Shown here: positions 8,103-20,627 of the stretch, in pieces
Layout: every line of letters starts with the position of its first letter
How positions within the stretch are numbered: position 1 is the first letter of the stretch
NCBI GenBank assembly: GCA_965277805.1
Contig: OZ255842.1
Coordinates: 1,600,001 to 1,664,000 of the forward strand
From: Candidatus Lustribacter sp.
GTDB lineage: Bacteria; Vulcanimicrobiota; Vulcanimicrobiia; Vulcanimicrobiales; Vulcanimicrobiaceae
Reading direction: 5' to 3'
Length of the DNA stretch: 64,000 nucleotides
The notes under the pieces: model-generated
Database searches by the model: none
What the model was told of the DNA's origin: nothing
What the model saw: the letters and a program-made list of their open reading frames with translations, nothing else
Position numbers and translations under genes: made by a program

Positions 8103-8987
8103 ATGCTAGCGTTCGCGCCGTCGCCGGCCGTCGATGCGGTCATGTTGGAAGCCCGCGCGGCCGACTTTTCCAAGCGGTCTCTCAAGCGCGAGGCGAAGCG
8201 CGCCGCGATCGATCTTGCAATCCGCTGTATCGATCTCACCACGCTCGAAGGCAAAGACTCGCCGGGTAAGGTTGAGTCGATGTGCGCGAAGGCCGTGCAT
8301 CCCGGTTACGGCGCGCCGCCGGTTGCCGCCGTTTGCGTGTATCCGAATATGGTGTCCGTCGCGAAGGCCGCCGTTGCGGGCACGGGCGTGAAAGTTGCAT
8401 CGGTGGCGACCGCGTTTCCGAGCGGGCTTTCCTCGCTCGATGTCAAGCTGCGCGATACCGAATCGGCCTTGGCTGACGGCGCGGATGAAATCGATATGGT
8501 CATCAACCGCGGCGCGTTTCTGGCCGGCGATGAGACGTTGGTCTTCAACGAAATCGCGGCCGTCAAGCGCGTGTGCGGCGACGTGCACGTGAAAGCGATC
8601 CTCGAAGCGGGCGAGTTGGGTTCGTACGATGCGATCCGGCGCTGCAGCGATCTCGCGCTCGAAGCCGGCGCCGATACGATCAAGACGTCGACCGGGAAGA
8701 TCGGCGTTTCCGCAACGCTGCCGATCTCGCTCGTGATGTGCCAGTCGATCCTTTCGTTCTATCACCGCACGGGCGAACGCCGGGGATTCAAGGCCGCCGG
8801 CGGCATCCGCACCTCGAAGGTCGCGCTGTCGTATCTCGTGCTCATCGACGAAGTGCTCGGCGGTGATTGGCTCGATCCCGATTACTTCCGGATCGGCGCG
8901 TCATCGCTGCTCGACGACTTACTCTTGCAGCGCGAAAAAGAACGCACCGGCCGCTACCCGTCGCCCGACATCATCCCGAAAGACTAG
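8103..8987 (+). CDS. deoC: deoxyribose-phosphate aldolase
   Basis: Motifs IDLTTL, AAVCVYP, GADEIDMV, IKTSTGK, GFKAAGGIRT and RIGASSLL. Confidence 0.96.
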   Translation: MLAFAPSPAVDAVMLEARAADFSKRSLKREAKRAAIDLAIRCIDLTTLEGKDSPGKVESMCAKAVHPGYGAPPVAAVCVYPNMVSVAKAAVAGTGVKVASVATAFPSGLSSLDVKLRDTESALADGADEIDMVINRGAFLAGDETLVFNEIAAVKRVCGDVHVKAILEAGELGSYDAIRRCSDLALEAGADTIKTSTGKIGVSATLPISLVMCQSILSFYHRTGERRGFKAAGGIRTSKVALSYLVLIDEVLGGDWLDPDYFRIGASSLLDDLLLQREKERTGRYPSPDIIPKD

Positions 8988-8994
8988 GCGACCG

Positions 8995-10491
8995 ATGATC
9001 GAAGAAAAACCGCTCACCGCTGCTCGTAACGGCAACGGCGTAAAGCCGTCTAAGCGTTTAGCCTATGCAACCTCGCGCGAATCGACGCCCGCGAACATCG
9101 CGCCGTCGTACGGCCACTTCATCGGCGGCGCGTTCGTCCCGTCAAGCGGCGGCGAAACGTTCGAGACGACGAACCCCGCCACCGGCGAAGTTCTCTCGCG
9201 CGTCGCGACCGGCACGCCCGAAGACGTCGACCGCGCGGTCGCGGCGGCGCGCAAAGCGTACGAGAAATACTGGCAGCCGCTCAGCCCGGCCCGGCGCGCC
9301 GCGTACATCTACCGCATCGCGCGCGCGATTTCGGAACGCTCGCGCGAACTGGCCGTGCTCGAAACGCTCGACAACGGCAAGCCGATCAAAGAATCGCGCG
9401 ACTTCGACGTGCCGATGTCCTCGGCGCACTTCTTCTACTACGCCGGCTGGGCCGACAAACTCGAGTACGCGGCGCGCGGCGGTCACATGCCGCATGCGCG
9501 CGGCGTCGTCGGCTCGATCGTTCCGTGGAACTTCCCGCTGCTGATGGCGGCGTGGAAGATCGCGCCCGCGCTCGCCGCCGGCAATACGATCGTGCTCAAA
9601 CCCGCCGAGACGACGCCGCTCTCGGCGCTGCGCTTGGCGGAAATCTGCGCTGAGGCCGATCTGCCGCCGGGCGTGCTGAACATCGTCACCGGCGACGGCG
9701 TCGCGGGCGCCGCGCTGGCCGCGCACCCCGGCATCGACAAGATCGCCTTCACCGGTTCCACCGAAGTGGGCAAGGCAATTCAGCGCAGCCGCGCCGGATC
9801 GCGCATCCCGATCACGCTCGAGCTCGGCGGCAAAGCCGCGAACATCGTCTTTGCCGACGCACCGCTCGATGAAGCGATCGAAGGCATCGTCAGCGGCATC
9901 TACTTCAACCAAGGCCACGTCTGTTGCGCGGGCTCGCGGTTGCTGGTGCAAGAGCCGATCCACGACGAGATCGTCGCGCGTCTCGAAGCGCGCATTGAAA
10001 CGCTGCGCCTCGGCGACCCGCTCGACAAGAACACCGACATTGGCGCGATCAACTCGCGCGCGCAGCTCGACCGCATCAACGAGCTCGTCGCAGCCGGCGT
10101 CTCCGAAGGCGCGGTGCTGCATCGCCAATCGGCCGCCGTGCCCGAAACCGGTTGTTTCTTCCCGGCCTCGTTCTTTACCGGAGTCGGTCCGGGGATGCGC
10201 ATCGCGCGCGAAGAGATCTTCGGACCGGTCCTCTCGATCCTGACTTTCCGCACGGCCGACGAGGCGATCGAGAAAGCCAACAACACGCGTTACGGTCTGA
10301 GCGCGGGCGTGTGGACCGACAAGGGTTCGAAGAGCATGTACGTCGCCGGTAAACTCAAAGCGGGCGTCGTGTGGTGTTCCACCTTCAACAAGTTCGACCC
10401 GAGCTCGCCGTTCGGCGGATACCGTGAATCCGGCTTCGGCCGCGAGGGCGGCCTCGAAGGCTTGCGTCCATACCTCGAGTTCGACCAATAG
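8995..10491 (+). CDS. aldehyde dehydrogenase (catalytic half of the deoC-associated, ALDH16-like pair)
   Basis: Motifs PWNFP, FTGSTEVG, LELGGK, FNQGHVCCAG and EEIFGP. ATG placed at 8995. Confidence 0.93.
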   Translation: MIEEKPLTAARNGNGVKPSKRLAYATSRESTPANIAPSYGHFIGGAFVPSSGGETFETTNPATGEVLSRVATGTPEDVDRAVAAARKAYEKYWQPLSPARRAAYIYRIARAISERSRELAVLETLDNGKPIKESRDFDVPMSSAHFFYYAGWADKLEYAARGGHMPHARGVVGSIVPWNFPLLMAAWKIAPALAAGNTIVLKPAETTPLSALRLAEICAEADLPPGVLNIVTGDGVAGAALAAHPGIDKIAFTGSTEVGKAIQRSRAGSRIPITLELGGKAANIVFADAPLDEAIEGIVSGIYFNQGHVCCAGSRLLVQEPIHDEIVARLEARIETLRLGDPLDKNTDIGAINSRAQLDRINELVAAGVSEGAVLHRQSAAVPETGCFFPASFFTGVGPGMRIAREEIFGPVLSILTFRTADEAIEKANNTRYGLSAGVWTDKGSKSMYVAGKLKAGVVWCSTFNKFDPSSPFGGYRESGFGREGGLEGLRPYLEFDQ

Positions 10492-10496
10492 CCTCT

Positions 10497-13412
10497 GTGC
10501 GTACGTCGCTACACGTTCCGGAGAATCTGCTCCAGCTCTACGTCGAGAACAGCCCGTTAGCACTGATTCAGTTCAACGCGGACTTGCGCATCGTGGCGTG
10601 GTCGGAACGTGCGACGGCGATGTTCGGCTGGACCGAAGACGAGGTGCGCGGGAAAACGCTCGATGAGTTCGGCTTCGTCCACGAGGACGACCGCGAGCAC
10701 GTGGCGGGACTCTTTCGCGCGATGGCGGACGGCCCGGCGAATTGGAACGCCAATACCAATCGCAACCGGCGTCGCGACGGCGAGATCATCCATTGCCGCT
10801 GGTTCAACGCCTACCTCGTCTCCGACGCGTTCAGCGGCTACGTTTCGCTGGCCGAAGACGTCACCGAAGCAACGCTCGCGCGCGACGCCGCCTCGGCCAG
10901 CGAAGAACGGCTGAAGGCACTCTTCGAGGCCACGCCCGACGCACTGACGTTCTTCGACTTGAACGGCCGCATCACCGATTCGAATCCGGCCTCGGAACGC
11001 TTGATGGGCGTCAGCAGCGCCGAACTCAACTCGCATCCGTTCAGCGACTTCGTTCTCTCGGAAGATCAAGAATTCGCGGCCGACCTGTTCAGTCAGGTGC
11101 TGCGCGGCGACACGGTCTCGGCCGAACTCACGGTCCGCCGGCTCGACGGTCACACCTTTCCGGTCGAGCTCGTCGCCGGACCGATCCGCGAACGCGGCGC
11201 CGTCACCGGGGTCTACTGTTCGGCGCGCGACATCACCGAACGCAACGAAGCGCGCGAAAAGATCGAGACGAGCGAAGAACGTTTCCGCTCGATCTTCGAC
11301 AACAACCCCGATCCGATGATCGCCTTCGATGCCGACGGCACCGTGACGCGCGCGAACGGCGCCGCCGGCCGCGTGCTCGAAATCGATCCCGAAACGCTGG
11401 TCGGCCAAACGCTGGGCGACGTTGCGACCGACGGTGACCTGACTGCGGCGCTTGCCTGCTTCAATCGCGCGCTCGCCGGCATGGCCGGCGGGATCGAACT
11501 GCACGTGCGTCACGCGCGCGAACATTCGCTGCCCGCGTTCGTGACGATGATTCCGATCCGGTTCCGCGGTCTCGCCGCCGGCGTCCATCTGCACGTGCGC
11601 GACCTGCGTTCGACGATCGCCTCGCAACGCCAGATCGCCGCGCACGCCGAACGCATTCGCGATCTCTACATGAGCGCGGCGGCAGCCAGCGGCAACACCG
11701 AACAGCAAATCGCCGCCACGATCGAGGCCGGTTGCCGCATCCTCGGCCTTTCGGCCGGCGCGCTCTACGAGAGCGAGAGCGACAAGCTGGTCGAGATCTA
11801 TGGCGAATCGCTCGGACTCGGTCTCGCGCGCTTGGCGCTGGGTTCCGATCGCGCGCTCGCGATCGATGACGTCCGCGGCTTACCGCAGCTGGCCGAGGAA
11901 CCCGAGACTCCTGATGGCGCGCCGTTCGTCGCGTTCATTGGAACGCCGATCGACGTGAGCGGAACGCGGTACGGCACGCTGTGCTTCGCCGATCGCCGCC
12001 GCCGGCGCACGCCGTTCGACGACGTCGATCGCGATCTCGTGCAGTTGATGGGCGCGCTGGTCAGCTCGGCGATCGAACGGGTGCGCTCGCGCGCGCGCCT
12101 GCAAACGCTGGCCTACAGCGATACGGTCACCTCGCTGCCGAATCGGGCGTGGCTCGTCGATCATTTGCGGGCGCTGCTCGACGAAGCGCGGCGCTCGGAA
12201 ACCGCCGTGGGCGTGCTCTTTCTCGATCTCGATCGTTTCAAGGACATCAACGACACGCTCGGCCACGACAGCGGCGACCGCCTGTTGCGCATCGTCGGCG
12301 AGCGGCTTGTCCGCGCGATCCGCACCGACGACGTCGTGGCGCGCATGGGCGGCGATGAGTTCGTGGTGCTGGCCGGCGGCAACCCGGATATGCAGGCGCT
12401 GGGCGGGCTCGCCGAACGTATCGTCGCCACGGTCGAAGAACCGATTCCGATGGACGGCTCGGAGCTGTTCGTCACGACCAGCATCGGGATCGCGTCGTTC
12501 CCGGCCGACGGCGGCGATGCCGAAACGCTGGTCAAACACGCCGACGTCGCGATGTACCGCGCCAAAGATCGCGGGCGCAACACCTACCAATTCTTCACGC
12601 CCGCTCTCAACGCGACGCTGCACACGCGCCTCTCGCAAGAGAAGTCGCTGCGCAAGGCGCTCGACAACGGCGAGTTCGTCGTCTACTACCAGCCGCAGCA
12701 CGACCTGGTCAGCGGCGCGCTGGTGGCGGTCGAAGCGCTCGTGCGCTGGAATCATCCGCGGTCGGGCCTCGTGCTGCCGGGGCAATTCATTCCCAACGCC
12801 GAGCTCAGCGGCCTGATCGTCGCGCTCGGCGATTTCATTCTCGAACGGGCCTGCACCGACATCAGCGGGCTGCGCAAAACGATCGCGCCGGATCTACGGC
12901 TCGCCGTCAACCTGAGCGCGCGGCAATTCCATCAGCAACGCCTGGCCGCAAAGGTACGCGGCTATGTGGAACGCACCGGTTTCGATCCGACCGCGCTCGA
13001 ACTCGAGATCACCGAATCCGTCGCGATGAACGACGCCGCGCTCACCGTGAGCATCATGCGCGACATCGGCGCGGAGGGCATGAGCCTGTCGGTCGACGAT
13101 TTCGGCACCGGCTACTCATCGCTCGGCTACCTGCGGCGCTTTCCGCTGGACTCGATCAAGATCGACCGCTCGTTCGTCACCGATCTCGCTCAAGAGCCCG
13201 ACGACGCAACCATCGTGCGCACGGTCATCGCCATGGCCCACTCGCTCGACCTCGAGGTCATCGCCGAGGGCGTCGAGACGCCCGAGCAGCTGGATTTTCT
13301 GCGCAACGAGCGCTGCGACCGGGTCCAGGGCTTCTACTTCTCCCAGGCCGTGCCGCTGGAAGCCCTCGAAACCTACATCCTGCGTGGAACGGAAACCGTC
13401 GCGGCGGGGTAA
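10497..13412 (+). CDS. PAS-PAS-PAS-GAF-GGDEF-EAL cyclic-di-GMP signalling protein
   Basis: ARMGGDEF, VEALVRW and DDFGTGYSS, plus three PAS-like repeats. Confidence 0.93.
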   Translation: MRTSLHVPENLLQLYVENSPLALIQFNADLRIVAWSERATAMFGWTEDEVRGKTLDEFGFVHEDDREHVAGLFRAMADGPANWNANTNRNRRRDGEIIHCRWFNAYLVSDAFSGYVSLAEDVTEATLARDAASASEERLKALFEATPDALTFFDLNGRITDSNPASERLMGVSSAELNSHPFSDFVLSEDQEFAADLFSQVLRGDTVSAELTVRRLDGHTFPVELVAGPIRERGAVTGVYCSARDITERNEAREKIETSEERFRSIFDNNPDPMIAFDADGTVTRANGAAGRVLEIDPETLVGQTLGDVATDGDLTAALACFNRALAGMAGGIELHVRHAREHSLPAFVTMIPIRFRGLAAGVHLHVRDLRSTIASQRQIAAHAERIRDLYMSAAAASGNTEQQIAATIEAGCRILGLSAGALYESESDKLVEIYGESLGLGLARLALGSDRALAIDDVRGLPQLAEEPETPDGAPFVAFIGTPIDVSGTRYGTLCFADRRRRRTPFDDVDRDLVQLMGALVSSAIERVRSRARLQTLAYSDTVTSLPNRAWLVDHLRALLDEARRSETAVGVLFLDLDRFKDINDTLGHDSGDRLLRIVGERLVRAIRTDDVVARMGGDEFVVLAGGNPDMQALGGLAERIVATVEEPIPMDGSELFVTTSIGIASFPADGGDAETLVKHADVAMYRAKDRGRNTYQFFTPALNATLHTRLSQEKSLRKALDNGEFVVYYQPQHDLVSGALVAVEALVRWNHPRSGLVLPGQFIPNAELSGLIVALGDFILERACTDISGLRKTIAPDLRLAVNLSARQFHQQRLAAKVRGYVERTGFDPTALELEITESVAMNDAALTVSIMRDIGAEGMSLSVDDFGTGYSSLGYLRRFPLDSIKIDRSFVTDLAQEPDDATIVRTVIAMAHSLDLEVIAEGVETPEQLDFLRNERCDRVQGFYFSQAVPLEALETYILRGTETVAAG

Positions 13413-13421
13413 GAACTTTAC

Positions 13422-14684
13422 GTGGAAACCCTCAGCCTGCTCCTCGACCGGGCTGCGCTCGTCGACCGCTACCGTGCCGGCCGCGCCCGCAGCGCCCAAC
13501 TCTTCGCATCGATCGCACCCTCCGCATATTACGAGGCGCCGATCCCGCTGCGCCACCCGTTCGTGTTCTACGAGGGTCATCTGCCGGGCTTCGCCTATCT
13601 GGTGCTGCACGAGCGCGCGCTCCACGGCGCACAGATCGACCCGCGCCTCGAGTTGTTGTTCGAACGCGGCATTGATCCGAGCACGATCGACCTCGCCAAC
13701 CGCCATCGCCGCGACGACTGGCCGGACCGCGCCACCGTTCGCCGCTTTGGGGATGCGTGCGACACCGCGCTGATCGACGACATCGCGCACGCGGTGCTCG
13801 ACGATCCGTCGAACCCGCTGCTCGTGCATGCCGAGGCGCTCTTCAATATCCTCGAACACGAGGAAATGCACCACGAGACGCTCACCTATATCATCCACCG
13901 TTTACCGGCCGATACCAAACGCGGCCCGCGCATCGACGTGCGCGACGTGATGCCGGCGCGGCGCGATCCGATCGCGATCGCGGCCGGCCGCGCAACGCTC
14001 GGACTGCGGCGCGGCGAAGCCTTCGGCTGGGACAACGAGTTCGACGTTCACACGGTCGACGTGCCGGCGTTCGGCATTGACGCCTACGACGTGACCAACG
14101 GCGACTACCTCGCGTTCGTACGCGACGGCGGAGCACCGCCGCCGTTTTGGATCGAGCGCGACGGCGGCTGGTCGCTGCGCTGCGTGTACGGCGAGGTCCC
14201 GCTGCCGCTCAGTTGGCCGGTCTACGCGAGCCACGACGACGCCGAGGCGTTCGTTGCGTGGTCGGGCGCGCGCTTACCGAGCGAAGCCGAATATCATCGT
14301 GCCGCCTTCGGCACGCCGGCGGGCGACGAACGCGCGTTTCCGTGGGGGTCCGCCGCGCCGGCACCGCAACACGGCAACTTCGATTTCCGCCGTTTCGATC
14401 CCGAACCGGTCGGCAGTTCGCCCGCCGGCGCCAGTGCATGGGGCGTCGAGGACCTCATCGGCAACGGCTGGGAGTGGACGTCGACGCCGTTCGGCCCGTT
14501 CGACGGCTTCGTTCCGATGGCGTCGTACCCGCAATACTCGGCGGACTTCTTCGACGGGCGTCACTACGTGATGAAAGGCGCCTCGCCGGTCACCTCCTCC
14601 AACCTCATCCGGCGCAGCTTCCGAAACTGGTTCTTCGCCGACTACCAATATATGTACGCGACCTTCCGCCGCGCTTATTCCTAG
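13422..14684 (+). CDS. EgtB/OvoA family non-heme iron sulfoxide synthase (DinB + FGE-sulfatase domains)
   Basis: PLRHPFVFYEGH, iron-binding HEEMHHE, RLPSEAEY, GNGWEWT and RRSFRNW. Confidence 0.85.
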   Translation: METLSLLLDRAALVDRYRAGRARSAQLFASIAPSAYYEAPIPLRHPFVFYEGHLPGFAYLVLHERALHGAQIDPRLELLFERGIDPSTIDLANRHRRDDWPDRATVRRFGDACDTALIDDIAHAVLDDPSNPLLVHAEALFNILEHEEMHHETLTYIIHRLPADTKRGPRIDVRDVMPARRDPIAIAAGRATLGLRRGEAFGWDNEFDVHTVDVPAFGIDAYDVTNGDYLAFVRDGGAPPPFWIERDGGWSLRCVYGEVPLPLSWPVYASHDDAEAFVAWSGARLPSEAEYHRAAFGTPAGDERAFPWGSAAPAPQHGNFDFRRFDPEPVGSSPAGASAWGVEDLIGNGWEWTSTPFGPFDGFVPMASYPQYSADFFDGRHYVMKGASPVTSSNLIRRSFRNWFFADYQYMYATFRRAYS

Positions 14685-14708
14685 ACGGCGGCTTGGGCGA
14701 GGGCCTGA

Positions 14709-16973
<2,265 letters not shown>

Positions 16974-17033
16974 GCGGGGTCTCTCAGGATTTGAGCCAAT
17001 TCGCCGAAGTTAAGCTAAGCCAGGAGGGCATTT

Positions 17034-18890
17034 TTGGGAGGACTCGGGTCCGGGGGTGCGGTTTCGTCCTGGCCGTTGTTTGCGGTCGGGGGCTTTGTCG
17101 TTGCCGTAGCCGTGGTCGCGATCGTCACGCTCACGCGCGTCTTCGGGGCCAGCCTGCGCTCCATGTCGCTGCGCAACGAGTCCGAACGCCTCAAATCCGA
17201 AGTCGCCCTGGCCCGGGCTGAGGCCCGCTTCCGCACCGTCTTCGAAGGCGCGCCGCTCGGCATCGCCGTCGTCGACGTCGACGGCACCCTGAAGGAAACC
17301 AACGCCGCGTTCGATCTGATGCTCGGCTACGAGCGTCGCGAACTGGTCGGCAAGACGATGACCGAGCTGAGCGATGAATCGGATCGCGAGCGCACGCTCG
17401 AGGCCTTCGGCGCGCTCGTGCGCGGCGAGGTGTCGTCGTACGAACACGAGATGCGCTATAAACGAAAGAACGGATCCACGCTCTGGGGCGACGTCAGCGT
17501 AACCTACGTACCCGAAGACGACGAACCGTTTGCCATTGCGGTCATCGACGACGTCAGCGACCGGATCGTCATTCGCGACCGCCTGATTCACGAAGCGACG
17601 CACGACTCGCTCACGAGCTTGCCCAACCGGGGCCTCTTCTCCGCGCAGCTCGGTGATGCGCTGCGCTCGCGGCTGCCCGGTCTCGCCGTTGCGTTCGTCG
17701 ACCTCGATCACTTCAAAGTGGTCAACGACAGCCTCGGACATCTCGCCGGCGATGCGCTCCTGCGCGCGGTCGCGCAGCGCTTGCGCTCGATCATGCGGCC
17801 CGGCGAAATGGTCGCGCGGCTCGGCGGCGATGAGTTCGGAGTGATCTTTCTCGATGAAGATATCGAGGCGCGCGTCGAGTGGCTGCACGCCACCGTTGCC
17901 GAACCGGCCAACATCGAAGGCCGCCGCCTCTACACGACGGCCAGCGTCGGGGTCGCGGTCGCGCACGCGCGCTACGAGCGCGCCGAAGATCTGCTGCGCG
18001 ACGCCGACATCGCCCTCTACCGCTCCAAAGCGGACGGGCGCGCGACCTACACGATCTTCAACGAGATCATGCACGATAGCGCCGTGCGCCGGCTGCAGAT
18101 TTCCTCCGACGTGCGCGACGCGATCAACGCACCCGAGCAATTCCGCGTCGCCTTCCAGCCGCTCGTGCGGCTGAGCGATTGGAAGACCGTCGGCTATGAG
18201 GCGCTGGTGCGCTGGCAACACCCGACGGAGGGCTTGATCCAGCCCGATCTCTTCATCCCGGCGGCGGAAGAGACCGGCGTGATCATTCGCTTGGGGCGCG
18301 AAGTGCTGGTCCGCTCGCTCGAGCGGTTGGCGCGCGAACAGCGCGACGATCCGACCCTCACGATGCACGTGAACGTGTCGGTCCAAGAGATCATGCACGG
18401 CGATCTGCCCGAGCACGTGTTCGCCGCCATCAAAGCGACCGGCGTACGCCCGGAAACGGTCACGCTCGAGATCACCGAAAACGCGATCATCGATACGAGC
18501 ACGGGCGCGGGCGCCGTGCTCGAACGTTTGCGCGCCGGCGGCGTGCGCATTTGCGTCGACGACTTCGGCATCGGCTACTCATCGCTGCGCTATTTGAGCC
18601 TCTTCCCGATCAACAGCTTGAAGATCGATCGCAGCTTCGTGTCGGGCACCGGCGAGGGCATCCAGAGCGAGCCGATCTGCCGGATGCTGCTCGACCTCGC
18701 GCGCTCGCTCGAACTGACCGTGGTCGCCGAAGGAATCGAAACTCCCGAGCAGGCGGATCGTCTGCTCGCGCTCGGCGCAACGACCGGTCAAGGCTATATC
18801 TTCTCGCGCCCGATCATTCCGGATCGCGACAGCCGGATCGTGCTCCCGGACATCTTGCTCAAAGGCCGGCCGGTCTCAATCTCCGTTTAG
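17034..18890 (+). CDS. membrane-anchored PAS-GGDEF-EAL protein
   Basis: ARLGGDEF, YEALVRW and DDFGIGYSS. Start uncertain. Confidence 0.92.
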   Translation: MGGLGSGGAVSSWPLFAVGGFVVAVAVVAIVTLTRVFGASLRSMSLRNESERLKSEVALARAEARFRTVFEGAPLGIAVVDVDGTLKETNAAFDLMLGYERRELVGKTMTELSDESDRERTLEAFGALVRGEVSSYEHEMRYKRKNGSTLWGDVSVTYVPEDDEPFAIAVIDDVSDRIVIRDRLIHEATHDSLTSLPNRGLFSAQLGDALRSRLPGLAVAFVDLDHFKVVNDSLGHLAGDALLRAVAQRLRSIMRPGEMVARLGGDEFGVIFLDEDIEARVEWLHATVAEPANIEGRRLYTTASVGVAVAHARYERAEDLLRDADIALYRSKADGRATYTIFNEIMHDSAVRRLQISSDVRDAINAPEQFRVAFQPLVRLSDWKTVGYEALVRWQHPTEGLIQPDLFIPAAEETGVIIRLGREVLVRSLERLAREQRDDPTLTMHVNVSVQEIMHGDLPEHVFAAIKATGVRPETVTLEITENAIIDTSTGAGAVLERLRAGGVRICVDDFGIGYSSLRYLSLFPINSLKIDRSFVSGTGEGIQSEPICRMLLDLARSLELTVVAEGIETPEQADRLLALGATTGQGYIFSRPIIPDRDSRIVLPDILLKGRPVSISV

Positions 18891-19429
18891 AGCTTGTCGA
18901 CGTCGAAGCGATCGGCGGCTTCCATGATGATGCGCCGCGCTTCGCCTGCATCCGACCAGCCGTGCGTACTGGTCTTCTTACCTTCGAGCAATTTGTAGGT
19001 TGCGAAAAAGTGTTCGATCTTGCGCAGCTGGTGCGCGAAGATCTGTGTGTAGTTATGCACGTCCGCGTACTCGGGCTCACCGACCGGCACGGCGAGAACC
19101 TTGTCGTCGGACTTGCCGTCGTCGGTCATGCCGAGGATGCCGATCGGACGCGCGACCACGAGGCAGCCGCTGAACGTCGGTTCCGAGACGAGGATCAGCA
19201 CGTCGAGCGGATCGTCATCGAGCGCGAGCGTTCGCGGCGCGAAACCGTAATCGCCGGGATAATACACCGGTGAGTGCAGCGCGCGGTCGAGCCGGAAGAT
19301 GTCCAGTGACTTGTCGTATTCGTACTTGTTGCGCGAGCCGCTCGGAATTTCGACGATCACGTTGATCGCCTCCGGCGCGCGTTCGCCCAGCGGGAGCATA
19401 AGCCGGTTTTGCCGCGAATCAAGGGTCAC
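18887..19429 (-). CDS. ppa: inorganic pyrophosphatase (family I)
   Basis: Motifs VEIPSGSRNKYEYD, YPGDYG, DDDPLD and DDKVLAVP. Confidence 0.96.
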   Translation of the reverse strand: MTLDSRQNRLMLPLGERAPEAINVIVEIPSGSRNKYEYDKSLDIFRLDRALHSPVYYPGDYGFAPRTLALDDDPLDVLILVSEPTFSGCLVVARPIGILGMTDDGKSDDKVLAVPVGEPEYADVHNYTQIFAHQLRKIEHFFATYKLLEGKKTSTHGWSDAGEARRIIMEAADRFDVDKL

Positions 19430-19559
19430 CGCTCAGGCCTTCCCCCCGTCGAGGCGATGCCCTTGTACGTTTCGGCCGGCTGCGACCGCACTAATGCGCC
19501 TCGGGGGACGAACCGATGCCATATCATATGACCCTCGGGAACGGCGCTGCCGTGCCGGG

Positions 19560-19691
19560 CGCGAACACGATCGCTGCTACACCAATTTCGGCCCGCTTAT
19601 CGGACGCTTGGAAGGGCGTTTGGCGAGCCATTTCGGCATTCCGATCGGTGGCACTCGAAGGCGCGCTGCACGCGCCGGTGTGACGCTCTGA
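19560..19691 (+). pseudogene. N-terminal remnant of a DegT/DnrJ sugar aminotransferase
   Basis: Frame encodes DRCYTNFGPLIGRLEGRLASHFGI, typical of the DegT N-terminus, then stops at 19691. Confidence 0.55.
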
Positions 19692-19705
19692 CCACCGCGG
19701 CGGTC

Positions 19706-20362
19706 ATGCAACCGTATTTCGTTCCATATGCCGGTTACTTTCGGCTGTTTGCGGCAGCCGACGTCGTCGTCATGCTGGACACGGTGCAATTTGCGCGCCG
19801 CGGCTGGGTGCACCGGAACCGGTTCGCAATCGCCGGCGGTGAAAGCGACTGGTTGACGCTTCCCCTTATGAAGCCCGCATACGACGCTCGCATCGGCGAT
19901 CTGCGCTTCGCAGCCGACGCCCGTCAGCGGCTCGAGCGCGCGCTGCTACGGTTTCCGGTTCTCGCTCAAGCGGCCGCGGAAGGAAGTCCCATCGTGGAGC
20001 GCACCCTCACGCTCGGAGCCGGCTCGGTGGCGGACTACCTGGCGGCTCTCGTGAGCGAACACTCGACGACACTCGGCTTCGGAGCCCGGATCATTCGGGC
20101 CGGCGAACTCGACATCGATCCGGGCTTGCGCGCTCAGGACCGTATCCTCGCGATCGTGCGCGCCTGCGGCGCAACGCGCTACGTTAATCCATCCGGTGGC
20201 CGCGATCTCTATGACGCGCAGGCCTTTCACGCCGCCGGCATAGAATTGCAATTCCTCACGCCGTATGCCGGCAGCATGGAAAGCATCTTAACACGCCTAT
20301 TGCTAGAGCCGGTCGCGGCGATCGCAAATGAGATCGTCCGCGAAACCCAACTCGTGCCGTGA
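19706..20362 (+). CDS. WbqC family protein
   Basis: MQPYFVPYAGYF, DTVQF, WVHRNR and YVNPSGGRDLY. Confidence 0.9.
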   Translation: MQPYFVPYAGYFRLFAAADVVVMLDTVQFARRGWVHRNRFAIAGGESDWLTLPLMKPAYDARIGDLRFAADARQRLERALLRFPVLAQAAAEGSPIVERTLTLGAGSVADYLAALVSEHSTTLGFGARIIRAGELDIDPGLRAQDRILAIVRACGATRYVNPSGGRDLYDAQAFHAAGIELQFLTPYAGSMESILTRLLLEPVAAIANEIVRETQLVP

Positions 20363-20387
20363 CGACGGACTACCCCGGAAAGACAGA

Positions 20388-20627
20388 ATGACCCACGGCG
20401 AACGGCTCTCCGCGATTCTCTCCGACGCGTTACGTCTTCCCGCCGCTGCCATCTCCGATGACCTGGATATGGCCGGCTCCGGTACGTGGGATTCGTTGAG
20501 CCACATACAACTCATCGCCGGCATCGAAGATGAGTTTTCCATCGAACTGACTTCGGACGACATCGTGGCAATGACCAGCGTCGATGCAATCAAGCAAACC
20601 CTGCGCGCGCGTGCAGTCGACATCTGA
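20388..20627 (+). CDS. acyl/peptidyl carrier protein
   Basis: WDSLSH phosphopantetheine-site motif; 79 aa and acidic. Confidence 0.9.
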   Translation: MTHGERLSAILSDALRLPAAAISDDLDMAGSGTWDSLSHIQLIAGIEDEFSIELTSDDIVAMTSVDAIKQTLRARAVDI

